DNA of 64,000 nt from Entomortierella parvispora E1425 (taxonomy: Eukaryota; Fungi; Mortierellomycota). The stretch is taken from NCBI GenBank assembly GCA_020891255.1, contig BQFW01000007.1, forward strand, positions 248,001 to 312,000, written 5' to 3'. Under the pieces are notes generated by a model. The model saw only the letters and a program-made list of their open reading frames with translations, was not told the origin of the DNA and did no database searches. Numbering within the stretch: position 1 is the first letter of the stretch; every line of letters starts with the position of its first letter. The position numbers and the translations under genes were made by a program. Below are positions 11,702 to 24,621 of this stretch, piece after piece.

Positions 11702-13819
11702 TTAGTATCCAGAGTTGTCGTCATCATACTCCTCCTCGTCTCCGGTCTCGCTGCTGTACTCTTGCTCCATATCCTCCTCATACTGCAACTCGTTGTCCTC
11801 TTCCTCCTCGGAGCTAATAGGGGCATCGTGCAAGTCCTGGTTGTCGACAACGGCGGGGTTCTCACTGGTAAGAGAGTCGGTTTCAGGGCTAGCATTGGGG
11901 GTTGCGGGGTCGGTGGTATGGGTTTCCTCGTTCTGCTCCTCCTGTTGCTCCAACTCCTCCTCAGTCAAACCAGGGTCTTGTTGGTCCTCAGAATCGACGT
12001 CGTCGGTTTCCTCGTCATCGTACTCGTCATTGCTGGGGGCGGGAGTAGGCTCAGTGGTCTCCTCCTTGGTCTCCTCGTTGGTCTCCTCGGTAGGATCCTC
12101 AGTAGTTTCGTCGTTGGTCTCCTCGGTGGGATCCTCAATGGCCTCCTCGTTGGTTTCCTCGGTGGGATCCTCAGTGGTATCCTCGTTGGTCTCCTCAGTG
12201 GTATCCTCGTTGGTCTCCTCAGTGGTATCCTCGTTGGTCTCCTCAGTAGGATCCTCGGTGGTTTCCTCAGTGGTCTCCTCGTTGGTTTCCTCGGTAGGAT
12301 CCTCAGTGGTCTCCTCGTTTGTTTCCTCGGTGGTCTCCTCGTTGGTCTCCTCAGTAGGATCCTCAGTGGTCTCCTCGTTGGTCTCCTCGGTGGGAACCTC
12401 AGTGGTCTCCTCGTTGGTTTCCTCGGTGGGATCCTCAGTGGTCTCCTCGTTGGTTTCCTCGGTAGGATCCTCAGTGGTCTCCTCGTTTGTTTCCTCGGTG
12501 GGATGCTCAGTGGTCTCCTCGTTGGTTTCCTCAGTAGGATCCTCAGTGGTCTCCTCGTTGGTTTCCTCAGTAGGATCCTCAGTGGTCTCCTCGTTGGTTT
12601 CCTCGGTGGGATCCTCAGTGGTCTCCTCGTTGGTTTCCTCGGTGGGATCCTCAGTGGTCTCCTCGTTGGTTTCCTCGGTGGGATCCTCAGTGGTCTCCTC
12701 AGTAGGATCCTCAGTGGTCTCCTCGTTGGTCTCCTCAGTAAGATCCTCATACTCGTTGGTCTCGTCATCTTCGTTGATCTCGTCGTCCTCGTTGACCTCG
12801 TCGTCCTCGTTGGTCTCGTCATCCTCGTTGGTCTCGTCATCCTCGTTGGTTTCATCATCCTCGTTGGTTTCCTCATCAGGATACTCATCGGTCTCCTCAT
12901 CGGTCTCCACAGGGTCGACATTAGGGTCAGTCACCTCATCCTCCTGAGTCTCCTCGGGCTCGGTAGTGATCTCGGTGGGGGTGTCGGGAGGGAGGTTATG
13001 GTTCTCCTCGCTCTGCTCATTTGTCTCGTCCTGGTCAGGCGAGTCCGTGTTGTTAATGTCGGTCAACGTATCGCTGTTGTTGACCTCCTCCTTCTCGTCC
13101 TCGGTGACCACAGGCTCGGTGACCACAGGCTCGGTGACCACAGGCTCGGTGACCACAGGCTCGGTGGTGATGGGCACGCATTGGGCATGGCACGCGTCAA
13201 AGTTCTGGACACAGGCACTCATGCTGATCGAGTTGATCAAGCAGTCCTCCTCCTCGATCAAGCATTGCTCAATGCATTGTTCCTCAGCAGCGGCTAAAGG
13301 AACGGTTCAACCAGCAAAAAAAAGCAAGATAAAACAAAAAAGATATTGTTAGCCATAGAGTTTCTCCATACCAAAAAAAAAAATGAGAAGGGTTGGGAAA
13401 GGAGAAGTGAGATCGAGAAAAAGAGAAATATAGAGAGCGCAGACAGCGAGGATGACGAGAGGGTTTTGGCATTGCATGCATATATGCAATGCTTCTGAGC
13501 AAATGCCTCGCCCCAATAGCCAAATAGGGACTAATTTTTTTTCAGGAACAAGGCTGCTCCTGAAAGGATTAATTTTAGGTCCGTTTACCCGGTCGAGGCC
13601 TGCTTTTTGCGCTGTGTAGGACGACCGTTGCAACGGTCATCATGCAGATTGGAATGGAGGGAAAGGATGACAATGCATCCGCATGGACTCATGGGGGGAA
13701 GAGGAAGAGAAGGAAAACATACTGTCTTGAGGAACTGGGGCAGGGTAGGGGACGGGTGCGGCCTTGGAGACGGCGACTAGGGCCAAAGAGATGGCAAGGG
13801 TAATGGAGAGAACGCGCAT
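11702..13819 (-). CDS. Secreted, extremely acidic Glu/Thr/Asp repeat protein with an N-terminal six-Cys module
   Basis: Exon 1 13723-13819 (MRVLSITLAISLALVAVSKAAPVPYPAPVPQD), phase-1 intron 13294-13722 (GTATGT...TTTAG), exon 2 11702-13293 (TAAEEQCIEQCLIEEEDCLINSISMSACVQNFDACHAQC followed by repeats). Confidence 0.85.
12055..12875 (-). repeat. Coding minisatellite: 36-nt TEETNEETTEDP array followed by an 18-nt ETNEDD array
   Basis: More than a dozen near-perfect copies of gtgggatcctcagtggtctcctcgttggtttcctcg (+ strand) at about 12055-12745; ctcgttggtctcgtcatc-type units at about 12752-12875. Confidence 0.95.
13101..13165 (-). repeat. Coding 15-nt tandem repeat (TEPVV x4)
   Basis: ggctcggtgaccaca repeated about 4 times. 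Confidence 0.9.
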
Positions 13820-14529
13820 TTGTGGATGAATGGAAGGGGGGAAGGGGGAGAATGTAGTTGGAGGTGAAGGGGTGAAGGGGTGAAGGGGAAAAGGTAGAGT
13901 AGGGAGGGCTGGTGTCCACTGTGCAGTTGTAGTGGGTGTAGGGTGGGGTTGTCTTTGCGAGAAGTGAAGAGAGAGAGAAAAAGAAGAGAGGAAAAAATAC
14001 GCGCGACGGAAGATGAATCGACTCAACAGTCAGGACAGACAGGATAGGTCAGGCAGGACGCGCACTCCACTCGGGCAGGGAATCTCTCCTCTCGTTCTCC
14101 TGCTCTCTCTCTCTCTCTCGCTCTCTCTCACTCTCTCGTCTCCTCTTTTCTCCTCTGCTCTCTACTGGTGCAATTATCGGAGGGCAGCAGCAATGAGAAG
14201 AATGGAACAAAGACAGCGTTTCTCGAGGTTATTTTGAGAGCATTTTTTTTTAGCGCCACCTCTTTCTAACAAGCTCTCTGGCCCATGTAGTTCGGCTGGA
14301 CCTTCTCCATCCTCCCACGAACAAACATCGTTCCCGAGAACTGAACATGATTTGGGGATCTACAGGAGGGATCATGAAGAGGATCGCTTTCCTCACAAAT
14401 CTGTTTAGCTGGGGAGGGGGTTTTTTCTATTTTTCATTATGTGAATGCCAGGGTGAACGGGAGAGGATCCGGCCCTCGACTTCCCTTTTTGTTCATTATT
14501 TTTTTTTAGTTGGTTTCATTCTTCTAGAT

Positions 14530-15592
14530 CTAGAACATGGCCATGGCTCCAGCAATGGTGGCCACCATCGCCACCATAGCACCCATGGAGTACGAGGTGC
14601 CGGGGGCAGCAGCGCTCATGGGCTTGCCACTCTGGGTCAAGTTGGTGGGGTTGAAAGAACCGGGTGTCGTGGTGTTGCCGGTCGCAGTAGGCAATCCCAA
14701 GGCCACACCGCAGTTGCGCTTGTACATGTCCAAGATGTTGGCGTTCAAGGTGGCGCTCGTCAACTTTTGCTCAAAGTTGAGGTCATAGGGCGAGGGCGTC
14801 TTTGTGTAGTAGTTGGAGAAGATGTTGGCCACCTGCTGGTTGCAAGGCGTGCAGAACTGAGTCGCGTTCAATCCGTCCATGTTCACAAAGGGGGTCACGT
14901 ATTGAAGGTAACCATAGAGATCGTCCTCGTTGGGGTTCTTGTCGGGGAGCTGGGCACGTGCAATCATCTCATTGATCGAATCGATCACACAGCTACCAGT
15001 CTTGGCTGCGTCCTGGAAGCAAACAGCGTCGCGCTGTGCGGGGGACATGTACCTAAGGAGGGGGGGTAAGGAGATCAAAAAGAGACGGGAGAGGGGTCAG
15101 CACTGCATGAAACGAAAATAGCCACAGTCTTTCATTTCGATGCGCGTTGATGTGGGACAAAAGAAAAACGGCAGAAAGCCTGAAAAAAAGGACTTACCAC
15201 ATGTACATCACGGTACCGAGGACTTGCTGGTTGGCAGGAACCATGTCTGCAGCACAGTTGGTCTGGAGGTTCTTGTACACAGTCGAGTACTGGTCAGCAG
15301 TGCAGGCGGGGGCAGCACAGTACGTGCTGATGGCCGTCTGGAGCTTGCCAGTGTCATGATCGTGAGCGTGCGTCAATCCGGGGAATCCGAGAGCAGTGTA
15401 GACTCTGCACTTGTAAAGAGGATTTGAGGGTTCAGCAAGCTGGTTGAGGTAAGTCGAGCAAGTGCTCGAGAGGGCGGAGGGGGACGTGGCAGGAGGAGCA
15501 GCGGCCGCGGAAGGCGTGGCGGCCGCGGTAGCGGACGAGGTCAAGGCAATGGCGCCGAGAGCAATGGTAGCGACGGTGGTGGTGAATTTCAT
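14530..15592 (-). CDS. Secreted Cys-rich protein with a probable GPI anchor, 2 exons
   Basis: Signal MKFTTTVATIALGAIALTSSATA, about 10 Cys, intron about 15053-15195 joining ...VMYMW/YMSPAQRDAVC, S/T-rich spacer, hydrophobic C-terminus YSMGAMVAMVATIAGAMAMF*. Confidence 0.82.
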
Positions 15593-16583
15593 TACGGATG
15601 TGTTTTTGATCTGTGAGAGATAGTGAAGGGCAAGTCGAAGCGAAATAGGGAAGGAAAGGAAAAGAACGGGCGGATGACAAGGATGGAAAGGGAAGCAAAA
15701 GAGGATGAGGACGACGAGAATAGAGAACTGGGAAAATGAAAGGGGGCGGTCTTTATAACCCGGGGAGCAGAAAAGGAGAAGAGGAAGCAGAGGCGGCCAA
15801 TTTGGGCGCACTGCTGCAAGTCCAGCGGAGGACTGGAGAAGGAGCTGAGAGCCAACAGTCGAATCGATTGCAATTTGGGAGAACGAACAAACATTGTGAA
15901 AGTCACTCTTCCCTTCTGAGTGCAGTACGGGCACCATGTGCAACCTGTTGGAGATTGCCTCTCTCCGTGCTTCAGAATACTCCCTGGAAAAGAGTCTCAT
16001 AATTTCGTCATTTGTCGGCATCCTTCTTTGTTGCAGGCAAATGTGCTCTCGGTAACGATGTGGCACAGATCGCCTGCAGCGAGACACTGCCATCCACTCC
16101 CGTCGTCTTTTCTCTTTTCTCTTCCATACTACCTCAGAATCGATAGCTGAACAAACCTTGCGGTCCTTTTTCATTTTGTCTGCCTTTCGTTTTCTTTTGT
16201 TTTCTTTAGGCACAACAAGAGAGAATCGCTCGGATAAGGAGCTTCTCACCTCCTGTACAACATTGGCTACCATATGCATTGAGCCATTTTTTCTGGTCAG
16301 GTCTGCTGTTGCATGAAAAAACCATAAAACTAAAATCGGTCTCAGGGCGGAGGTGGGCGTCATCTCTGTTCTTTTGGAGTATCGGGCAACGAAAACTTAG
16401 GGCTGTGTTCATACACCAGTTTGCTGTCCTGGGAGCAGCCAACGGCTGTTACGTACTGTACCCTTGGAAAACAGTGGATTAGAACTTTTTTTTATTACGG
16501 TAGTAGATAGTGGTAGATAGTTGATAGATCTTGAATAGATCATGTCTGTGGTGGAGGTGGAGGATTGACATGGGGCCGATCTT

Positions 16584-18332
16584 CTACACCACCGGGGTTT
16601 GAAGGGCAGTGGGGAAACCCTCTTGACTTGAGACTTCAGTCTTCTCCCCCGTTGGCGTCACAACCTCCTCCTTCTCTGCGCCTGCTCCTATGGTACCGTC
16701 CGCCATCTGATTCTGGTGACGAATGTTCTCAATGTCCTGGTCAAGATGTGACCTTGGCAGAGCTTGGGTCTTCCAAGCAGGGATATCCGAGTTGAACAAC
16801 TCTTCCATTTCCTCCAGAGTGCGACCCTTGGTTTCCGGGAACATAAAGAACACGTGAATGGTCATCGCCACACAAAAGGCTGCAAAGATGTAGTAGGTCT
16901 TGTACTGGATGCTCTGCAACAGAGGTGGGACCGCGTAGGCGAGCGCAAAGTTAAAGGCCCAGTTCGAGGCAGTTGACAATGACACGGCCTTGGAACGGAT
17001 ACGAAGAGGATAGATCTCAGCGGGGTAGGTCCACGAGACAGGGCCCCAAGAGATGGCGAAAGAGCACACAAACAGGTATGAACAAGCAATGACAGCATGG
17101 GAAGCCGAAGGGTTATCCTTGATGGCCCAAGTTGTTGTCGAGTTGCCTTCAAGATCAGCGGGCGAACCAAATTTGCCCATCAAGCCACCGATCAAGAAAA
17201 GCCAGAGGGCCATGAACGTGGAACCGATCAGAAGGACAGGGCGACGACCCCAGCGATCAATAAAGAGAATAGCGGGGATGGTCATGACGACGTTGAGGAC
17301 ATACTGGATCGAAGAGGCCTGCAAGTTGGCGTTGCCAGAGTAACCGGCTCCTTGGAAGATGAAGACAATGTAGTACATGGCGACGTTCATTCCCGTGAGC
17401 TGAGACCAGGACTGAAGGGTCATACCGAGGAACACCTTGCGCAGGTTAGGCTTACGGAACAACTCGACGTAGGAGCGGGCGACCTGGGTTCGATCAAAGC
17501 GAATGACTTCCTCAATCTCCTTGTACTCGGCCTGGACTGTGGGATCGTTCTTGTTACCACCAGCACGCAGATTAGCCAAGACCTCCAAGGCCTCGTCCCA
17601 GCGATCTTGATCTGCCAACCAACGAGGCGAATAGGGGAACAGACTAATACCGGCCAAGAGGATGACACCAGGGACGACCTGGATACCCCAAGGGATACGG
17701 AAAGCAGCATTGGACTTGATGTAAGCACAACCGTACTGGATAAAGTATTGGATAAGGATACCCCAAGTGATGGCCCACTGCTGCAGAGAAACAATGCGAC
17801 CACGAATCTCCTTAGGTGCAATCTCGGACTGGTATACGGGGACAATCATCGAAGCCAACCCGACTGCAATTCCGTTGATGATACGGCCGACAATCAACAT
17901 GCCGACGCCGACAGATGCGCACTGGATGATGGAGCCGACGATCCAAATGCAGGAGGCCAACATGATTGTCCTTCGACGGGAGATCCTGTCTCCAAGAGGA
18001 CCAGCCATGAGCGCACCAAAGAAGGAACCAGCTGGCATGGAGGCGACGATTCCTCCCTGGAGAGATGAAGACGGATGATTAAAATAGTTTTGGTATTGAT
18101 CCGTACCGACAGCTCCAGACATGGATGAGATGTCAAAACCAAAGAGCATGCTATCATTTTTAAGAGTAGATTGTTGTGCATTGTTAGAGAAACGAGACCA
18201 CCGCCAGACTCTAGCTTTTGGCTAGAACCAAAGTCGAGAAGATGAAGAAGATGAAAAAAGAGCTTACCCGCCAATGGTGGCGAACATGCCCAGGAAGTAA
18301 ACGTTGCTCAAGAGCTTGTACTTGCCCGACAT
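16584..18332 (-). CDS. MFS sugar porter (high-affinity glucose transporter, HGT1-like)
   Basis: MSGKY...FATIGG / intron / MLFGFDISSMSG, GDRISRR, PVYQSEIAPKEIRG, PYSPRWL, QLTGMNVAMYY, DRWGRR, PETKGRTLEEM. Confidence 0.95.
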
Positions 18333-20101
18333 GATTGTTGGGGAAGTGGGATGTGAGGTGAAAGGAAGGAAGGGAGGAGAGGGCGGGAGAGATGGAGGAA
18401 GAGGACGACGGTGAACAAAAAGGCGGAAAAAGGAGATACGGTAGTGGAAGGGATGAGAAAGGGGAGGTAAAAGAAAGGGAGGGGGAAGAGGGGATCGGCC
18501 GTTTTTATAAACGGGTGAGTGAGAGGTGGGCATCCGTTTCCAGGCACAGAACCACCAATGGCCCTTCCACTTCCACCACACACCCCAGTCCATTCAGACG
18601 CTGCACTAGTCTGGGCACAATGTGCACACGGTGCGGCAATAGTGCAAACACAAGCACCCACGGCTCAGCTCAAAAAGTTCCTTTTCCTTCCTTTCAGGTG
18701 TTAGCTGCAGGGTGAATGGCTCTTTTTGTATTGGCTTTGCATGCCATTTATGTCATGATGATATGAGGCTTTTCAACGCGTCGAAGCGTTGTTTTGCTGT
18801 GGAGGAAAAATGTCTTGGGAGGAAAAAAAAAACCTTGTTTGGGCCACCCTGTGCGACTCTCAAGGGTCGGCAAGGATGACCTAAAAGGGATAGCGCGCTT
18901 TATCCTGCCGGCGTGGGCGGTCTTTGTGTTTGAACAATGGCAACCTTGTGAGGCACAAGCATCCGCTTTGTCTCTCTTTTTGTTGGCACAGTCGTGGACA
19001 GTGGTGGTAGTGTGTTGGGATGAGCTGTCTGTTTTTGAAGGAGGATTCTCGCTCTATCAAGATAGCACAAAAACTGTAGTTGACAACGTCTCTTGCTTGC
19101 CATCCTACCTCCACAGAGCTATTCCCTCCTTCCAGTAGCTCGTTTTCGCCGTTCTTCCATGTTGATGTGGGGCAAAAAGAGACCCGAGCACATGCACGTG
19201 CCCCTTACCAGTGCAGGCAAACTTACAATGAAACTGGTACAAGCTGACCCTCGGAGTTGTCCTTCTATCCCATCGGAACCACGACCGTTGTGGCTGCATA
19301 TTTTTTCTCCTTGTCACCTGGAGGGAGACAAATGTCCCCACGCCATGCAGCTGTTGGGCTGAGGAAGGCAAAATAAGGGGACGTCGAACACCAAGAGCTC
19401 ATTGTGTTCGTCAGCATTTGGAAGCGTATCTTTCTTTTCTTTCTTTTTCCCACTCTTGTCAGACATGAAAAAAGCACTTAGCAAATGAAATGTTGCAGAA
19501 CCCCCCGGCAAGGCGTAAAGAGATCATTTCTTATTTTAGTGGTCCTCAACACATGTTGTTAATCAAACTCAAGATTGCCAATGGTGGTAAGAAGGCGATC
19601 GAGAACGTGAGGATAGTATCCTCGATCGTATGTGGAGACAAAAAGGGGCCCAAAAGTAGGTTCGTTGTGCGCACAAAGACTTTGTCCGCCTTGGCTGGCC
19701 CTGAGAACGAATAGAGGAACTTTTTCCAGAAGCCACGAGCAAAACGATCGACATTCCTGGTGTCCAATTGCTTTCGTTCTTTTGGACTAGCCTTTCTTGC
19801 TGGCCTTGATAACGAACAAGCTTCGCTTTCACGCGCTGAGAGCGAGCAATTTGTATGGACAAGGATACTCGAGCTCACTCACTAAAAACCGCATGGAATA
19901 TAAGTCGACAAATGGTGTATATTGGTATAATAGAGTGTTGCTGTTGAAGATGAATCTATGGTGTTGTGGGTCCACTTGGACCTCATGTGGGTCCTCTCCA
20001 ATTTCGTATGGATTATGCGGTGTGTTGAACGTTGTGGAAAAATTTGCTGCACAATGCAGAGTCTGTGCGTCCTTCCCTCCTGCCTTTTCGTCCCTAGAAT
20101 C

Positions 20102-20823
20102 CTAGATCACGTAGGGCACAAAGCGCCAGCGCGTGCTTGCATAGTCCTTGAACTCCTTTCCAAAGTGCTGCTCCAACATGGCTTCCTCACCCTGTACTCT
20201 GAAGATCGTCAAACCGACACTGAGTACCAATCCACCGAGCGTCAAGAGGGCGCCGGGGATGGGGAGAGGCATCAGTGGCTTGACGAGATAGGTCCAGTAT
20301 CCGCCAGAACCCATCAAAAAGATATAAGAGATTCCTGTCATCATGAGTCCAGTGTAGGAAGGGTGGAGGAGTAGGCGGTAAGGTCCATCCTGGACAAGAC
20401 GATGTCCTGGTCGGATTGTGAGAGAGTACTAGGAATCGAAAAATGGACATGGTTAGCTTCTGGATCATACAAGTGATCAACATGGACAATAATAATGGGA
20501 CCTACGGTGAAGAATCGATCCAAAGTCTTGAATGACCAAGCCCTAAGAGCGTAGCCCAAGACACCGATGGCAGTAGCCAAGGCCTGCCAAGTTTGGAGCT
20601 CCCCTGGGATCACGCCTCTGGCCATGAGCAAGACATAAAGAGCCGTGGCGACGATGGCGGCTGTCTGACCAAAGCGAGGCATCATCTTGATCATGATGGT
20701 CGAGAACCAGCCCTCATCCTTGACCTTGTCGGACTTTTCCTTTGTTGTGGAGGAGGCAGGAGGCCTGATCGAGAGGACGAGAGCGAGGGTGTGGAGAGAG
20801 ACGCAGGCGGCTTTGAGAAGCAT
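20102..20823 (-). CDS. Isoprenylcysteine carboxyl methyltransferase (ICMT/PEMT-like) family membrane protein
   Basis: LRAWSFKTLDRFFT / intron / YSLTIRPGHRLVQDGPYRLLLHPSYTG...RVQGEEAMLEQHFGKEFKDYASTRWRFVPYVI*. Confidence 0.88.
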
Positions 20824-23065
20824 GTCGATGGAATGAGTTGAGTGGATCCTGCTGGAGGTTTGAATGAGATGAATGAGATGAATGAGAACGAGAGAAAGAG
20901 AATGAGAATGAGAAGACGAGACGAGGCGATGAGGAATGAGGCAATGAGGAAAGAGCTTCTCGCCCTTTATACCTGCATGGGACCCGGCGGCCGCTCTTCC
21001 GTCGTCATGGACGTCGCACGGAAGGACGGACGTCGTATTGCCCCAGCAGATATAATATCACACGCTCGTCTCATTCTTTGATTTGCGAGCCGAGCCTTTT
21101 TTTTTTTTTTTTTTTTTTTTTTTCTGCTTCTTTTCCCTCTCGGACCCTTTGATCACACATGTCATCACTACTTCACCCACAGCTCATATTCGCACAAATA
21201 AAACCTTCATTCTCTCTCTTCACCATTCCCATCCACTCCACAGGGCAGCCGCTCCACACCACGGTTCACACCTGTGCACCCCGTGCGCACGACTGCTGCT
21301 CTCAGTCCGCAAGCGAAATTCAGTCTTGGCTCCCATGTGTCATTGTCCGTGCCGGAGCCGAACTGGCAACCCTGCTCCTGATCTGATTCTGTCACCAGCC
21401 CATACGCACAAAAAAAATCCATCTTGGTCATGAATTATCCTTGGCCCCTCCTCCTTCTTTCTTTTTTCTCTCTCGGCCGCCAAGAATTTTGAAGAAAACG
21501 GGCCGCCGACGCGAGGATCTGCATGTCCTCGAACAAACACAACACAAAAAACGCACAGACAGGTGTCCATGAACAAACACGGCTGAGCCATTCCCCCGAT
21601 CATCTCTACTGCTTGAGTCTTCAAATCTCGGTCCCGTACCCCACTCCTCTCTTTCTCCCTAGCGTTTTTCCACAGTGCAGATTACACCCCAATCTTTGCG
21701 TTTTCGGCTTGAAAACAATGAACATGTCAAAAATCATTGTGAAAGATGATCGAATCGGAAGGTGATGCTGTCCTAACCTTTCGGCTCCCAAACACTGGCG
21801 ACAAGTGCATCGTCAGGTGAAAACTCCATCCGTGTCCTTGTCATTCCTCAGAACAGACTTGCCTTCACCGTGTCAGGGTAGTCCTTCCGCCCCGCAAAGG
21901 CTACAAAATGGGGACTTTCGGCCCCGGGCAATATGTCCAGAATCTCAATCTTTGTTCACGGATATCAAGCGCTACGTGACTTCATTCACAAACAGGGTTG
22001 GGTGATTGGGCTAATCCGGGCAAGATTCATGAACTTTCTCTTTGGCCTCATCATAAAATCCCTCACCGCCATCATCAACGTCTCTATCATCCTCGGATTC
22101 GACAAAGACACCGTGGAACTGCTAGGGACCGTCTCCTCTCCTTGGCCTATGCATGCTGACCAGCATTATAGCGAAGAGAGAGGGGTTGTGCTTTCTTTGG
22201 TCATTGTCAAGTGTGGTCAAAACAGCGACAGAAAAAAAAAAAAAAAAAAAAAGTGCAGATGCGTCCTACCAAGAATAGCCCCTGCGGTCCGCGTTTGCCC
22301 ACAACCCCATTTGCGGACAATCTGGTTCTGTGCGCCACCAAAAATAAAATCACGTGCCTCATATTCGCCCTGGTTGGGCTGTTGTTGCAAAAGCTATGGT
22401 GTTACGGACTCCATCAATGAAACTCAATAGCAACAGAGGCACTCGCCTCTGGGGCGCGGGGAAAGAGGTGGCAGACAGACACGTCAGCTGGCAGAGGAGG
22501 CGAAGGGCGAGAAAAAGAACAAGAAAAAGGAAGGAAGTCCACTGCCTTGAGAGCAAGGCAAGAGCAGATCGTCGGCTGTTTTCAATCGAATCCCCCATTC
22601 GCCCACCCTTTTTCGTGCCCTCTTTGACTAATTGGTCCACGAAGCAACTTGTCGTCGACATACTCGCCCCAATTCCTGGTATTTCCTGGGACCTGGTACA
22701 TTCGAAAGAAGAGGAAGAAGAAGGCGAGGCGTCGGAATGTTGTGCACAACCATCTCTCTTCCTTACAACTATCCCTCCCTCTCGCCCTTTTTTTTCTTTC
22801 CTCTTGGCAGTTTCCTCCACCCTTCCTCTCACCAACAATCAAATACTTTAATCCGGAAAGCACATCGCGCGACCCACCACTGTAACACCACCTCGATCAT
22901 AATCATAACCATAATCACGGACCAACTTATTCCTATTTCCCAGCACGGCAGGCAATAAGCATTCTTTTACTCTTCTGGGGAAAAACAACAACAGCTGCCC
23001 AGCACACGCGATAAAACACTTCCACACCCACGATATACCTCCTAGTTTCTAAAACTTCCTCGGAT

Positions 23066-24621
23066 ATGGCTAAAGGATTCTCCAGGAGGTTGGCGCGGGA
23101 ATGGCCTCGAATTGTCATAGTCTCCATCAGCCTTCATTCATTATGTTCTGCCGTCCACACGATATACTCTGTACAGGTCTCGTTCAAGGATCGAGGGCGA
23201 GCAACACAATGTGAGTAAAAGCGAAGTGTCTCTCATTCTGTTTTCCTCGCCCTCCCTTTCCCCCCAACGTTTGTCCATCTCCTGGTTCCATATGTCGATG
23301 GCCATCCTTCGCCCATTTTTCCTTTTTTTTTTTTTTTTTTTTAAGCGCCCTAATAATCCCTCGCCCTCACGTCCCTGGAAATAACAGCCGAGAATACGCG
23401 ATGAGAACTTACCATCACTTCATCTGACAACCTTGCCAACCTTGTCAACCTTGTATCACCCTACTACAGCTCTTTATTTTTATTTCGATTTTCGTTTTTT
23501 TTTTTTTTCTAATCATGTCGAGCAGGTCATCTTGGACATTGAGAGGAAGAGGCTGTCCATGAGTGAATGAACGACATCAAAAGTTCGCCGATTGGAATTC
23601 ACAGATTGGCGGTAGTGTTGTATCTGAGACCTGAGCTCTCGGCTCTGCATGTAGTTATTTGATCCGCACCCCTCATGGCCCGTTTCTGGGTATTTTCTCT
23701 TCTGACGTGGCGCAAAAACACGTCGAGTCCACCCCCCTCTTCCATTCCTTGGCATTCAACTCGCACACCCTTCGCCCTTCTCCTTCTCATACCATTCCAT
23801 TTTTTTCTTGTCCTCTTTTTGTGCTTATCTGGCTCAAAACCTTCCCAAAAAAAAAGGACTCATACCATATCATACCCTCTCCATTGTGCCACCAACTGAC
23901 AAACATATTACACACCTCCTCCCGCGCCCTCTCTTTTCCTTCCTCCCCTCTCCTCGCCTTGATCCCATCGCCCTTAGCGCAAAAGATGCAAATCGCCCAA
24001 CAAATGGAAGCCGACGCGTTACTGGGCCGATCCATCCTCACACTACTCGACACTTCTCTCTTACTCTTGGCCATGTCTGTCCGGTCCTTTTCATTGACGC
24101 GTCTCGTCTTTCGGATATGGTGTCTCAAGACCGTCTTCCAGATCCTCTCCTATCTCTCCATCACCCTTGTGTCTTCTTCTGCTCTCCTTTCAGAAGCGGA
24201 TTTGGACGACGACGATGATCTCATCTTTGGTCGGTCACGGTCGTTTGGCCGGTCGAATCACGGTCCGCCCTTACATTCTTCCTCTTTATCAACATCCACA
24301 ACAACAGCAGCAGCAGCGGCGGCGGCGGCAGCGGCAGCGACAATAGCACCGTTGGCGGGTCTGTCAGCCAATAGTGATGCCCAATGGACGTCGTGTTTAA
24401 CCGACCTCCCAGGATGGGTCTGGCAAGAAGGATCTTCTCTGATGCCCTGGCTCAGAATCGAGATTCTCCTGAGAGTCCTCCAAGGGATGGCGCTGTTGGT
24501 CCTCCTAAGAGACGTGAAGGGGTATTCTCGCTCGTCTCTCCTTCTCCTTGTCTGTTGTTGTTGTTGGTCATGGTCTTACCCTGAGGATGCATATCAACAA
24601 AAACGGGCAAGATGGAAATGA
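23066..24621 (+). CDS. Hypothetical multi-pass membrane protein, 2 exons
   Basis: Exon 1 23066-23210 (MAKGFSRRLAREWPRIVIVSISLHSLCSAVHTIY...) splices in phase via GTGAGT...CTTAG (23211-23977) to the hydrophobic ORF ending at 24621, which contains a poly-Ala/Thr insertion. Confidence 0.55.

Noticed and set aside
12055-12745. Regular 36-nt repeats resembling a CRISPR array
   Set aside because: No unique spacers, codon-phased, and inside a eukaryotic CDS with no cas genes.
11678-13297. 539-aa plus-strand ORF of LLVGFLGGILSG repeats, plus the poly-Ser (11715-12947) and RRPTRRP (11965-12921) ORFs
   Set aside because: Antisense or alternative-frame shadows of the TEETNEETTEDP minisatellite, whose unit lacks stops in several frames. 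Only the acidic frame has a signal-peptide exon and in-phase splice sites.
15593-16363. N-terminal extension of the 389-aa ORF 15194-16363
   Set aside because: Low-complexity promoter/UTR sequence containing a TATA-like element near 15753; the real start is the signal-peptide Met at 15592.
19546-19878. Short minus-strand ORFs with protein-like composition; similar fragments at 21890-22160 and 5220-5520
   Set aside because: No recognisable family, start or splice structure; possibly gene relics, but not supportable as features.
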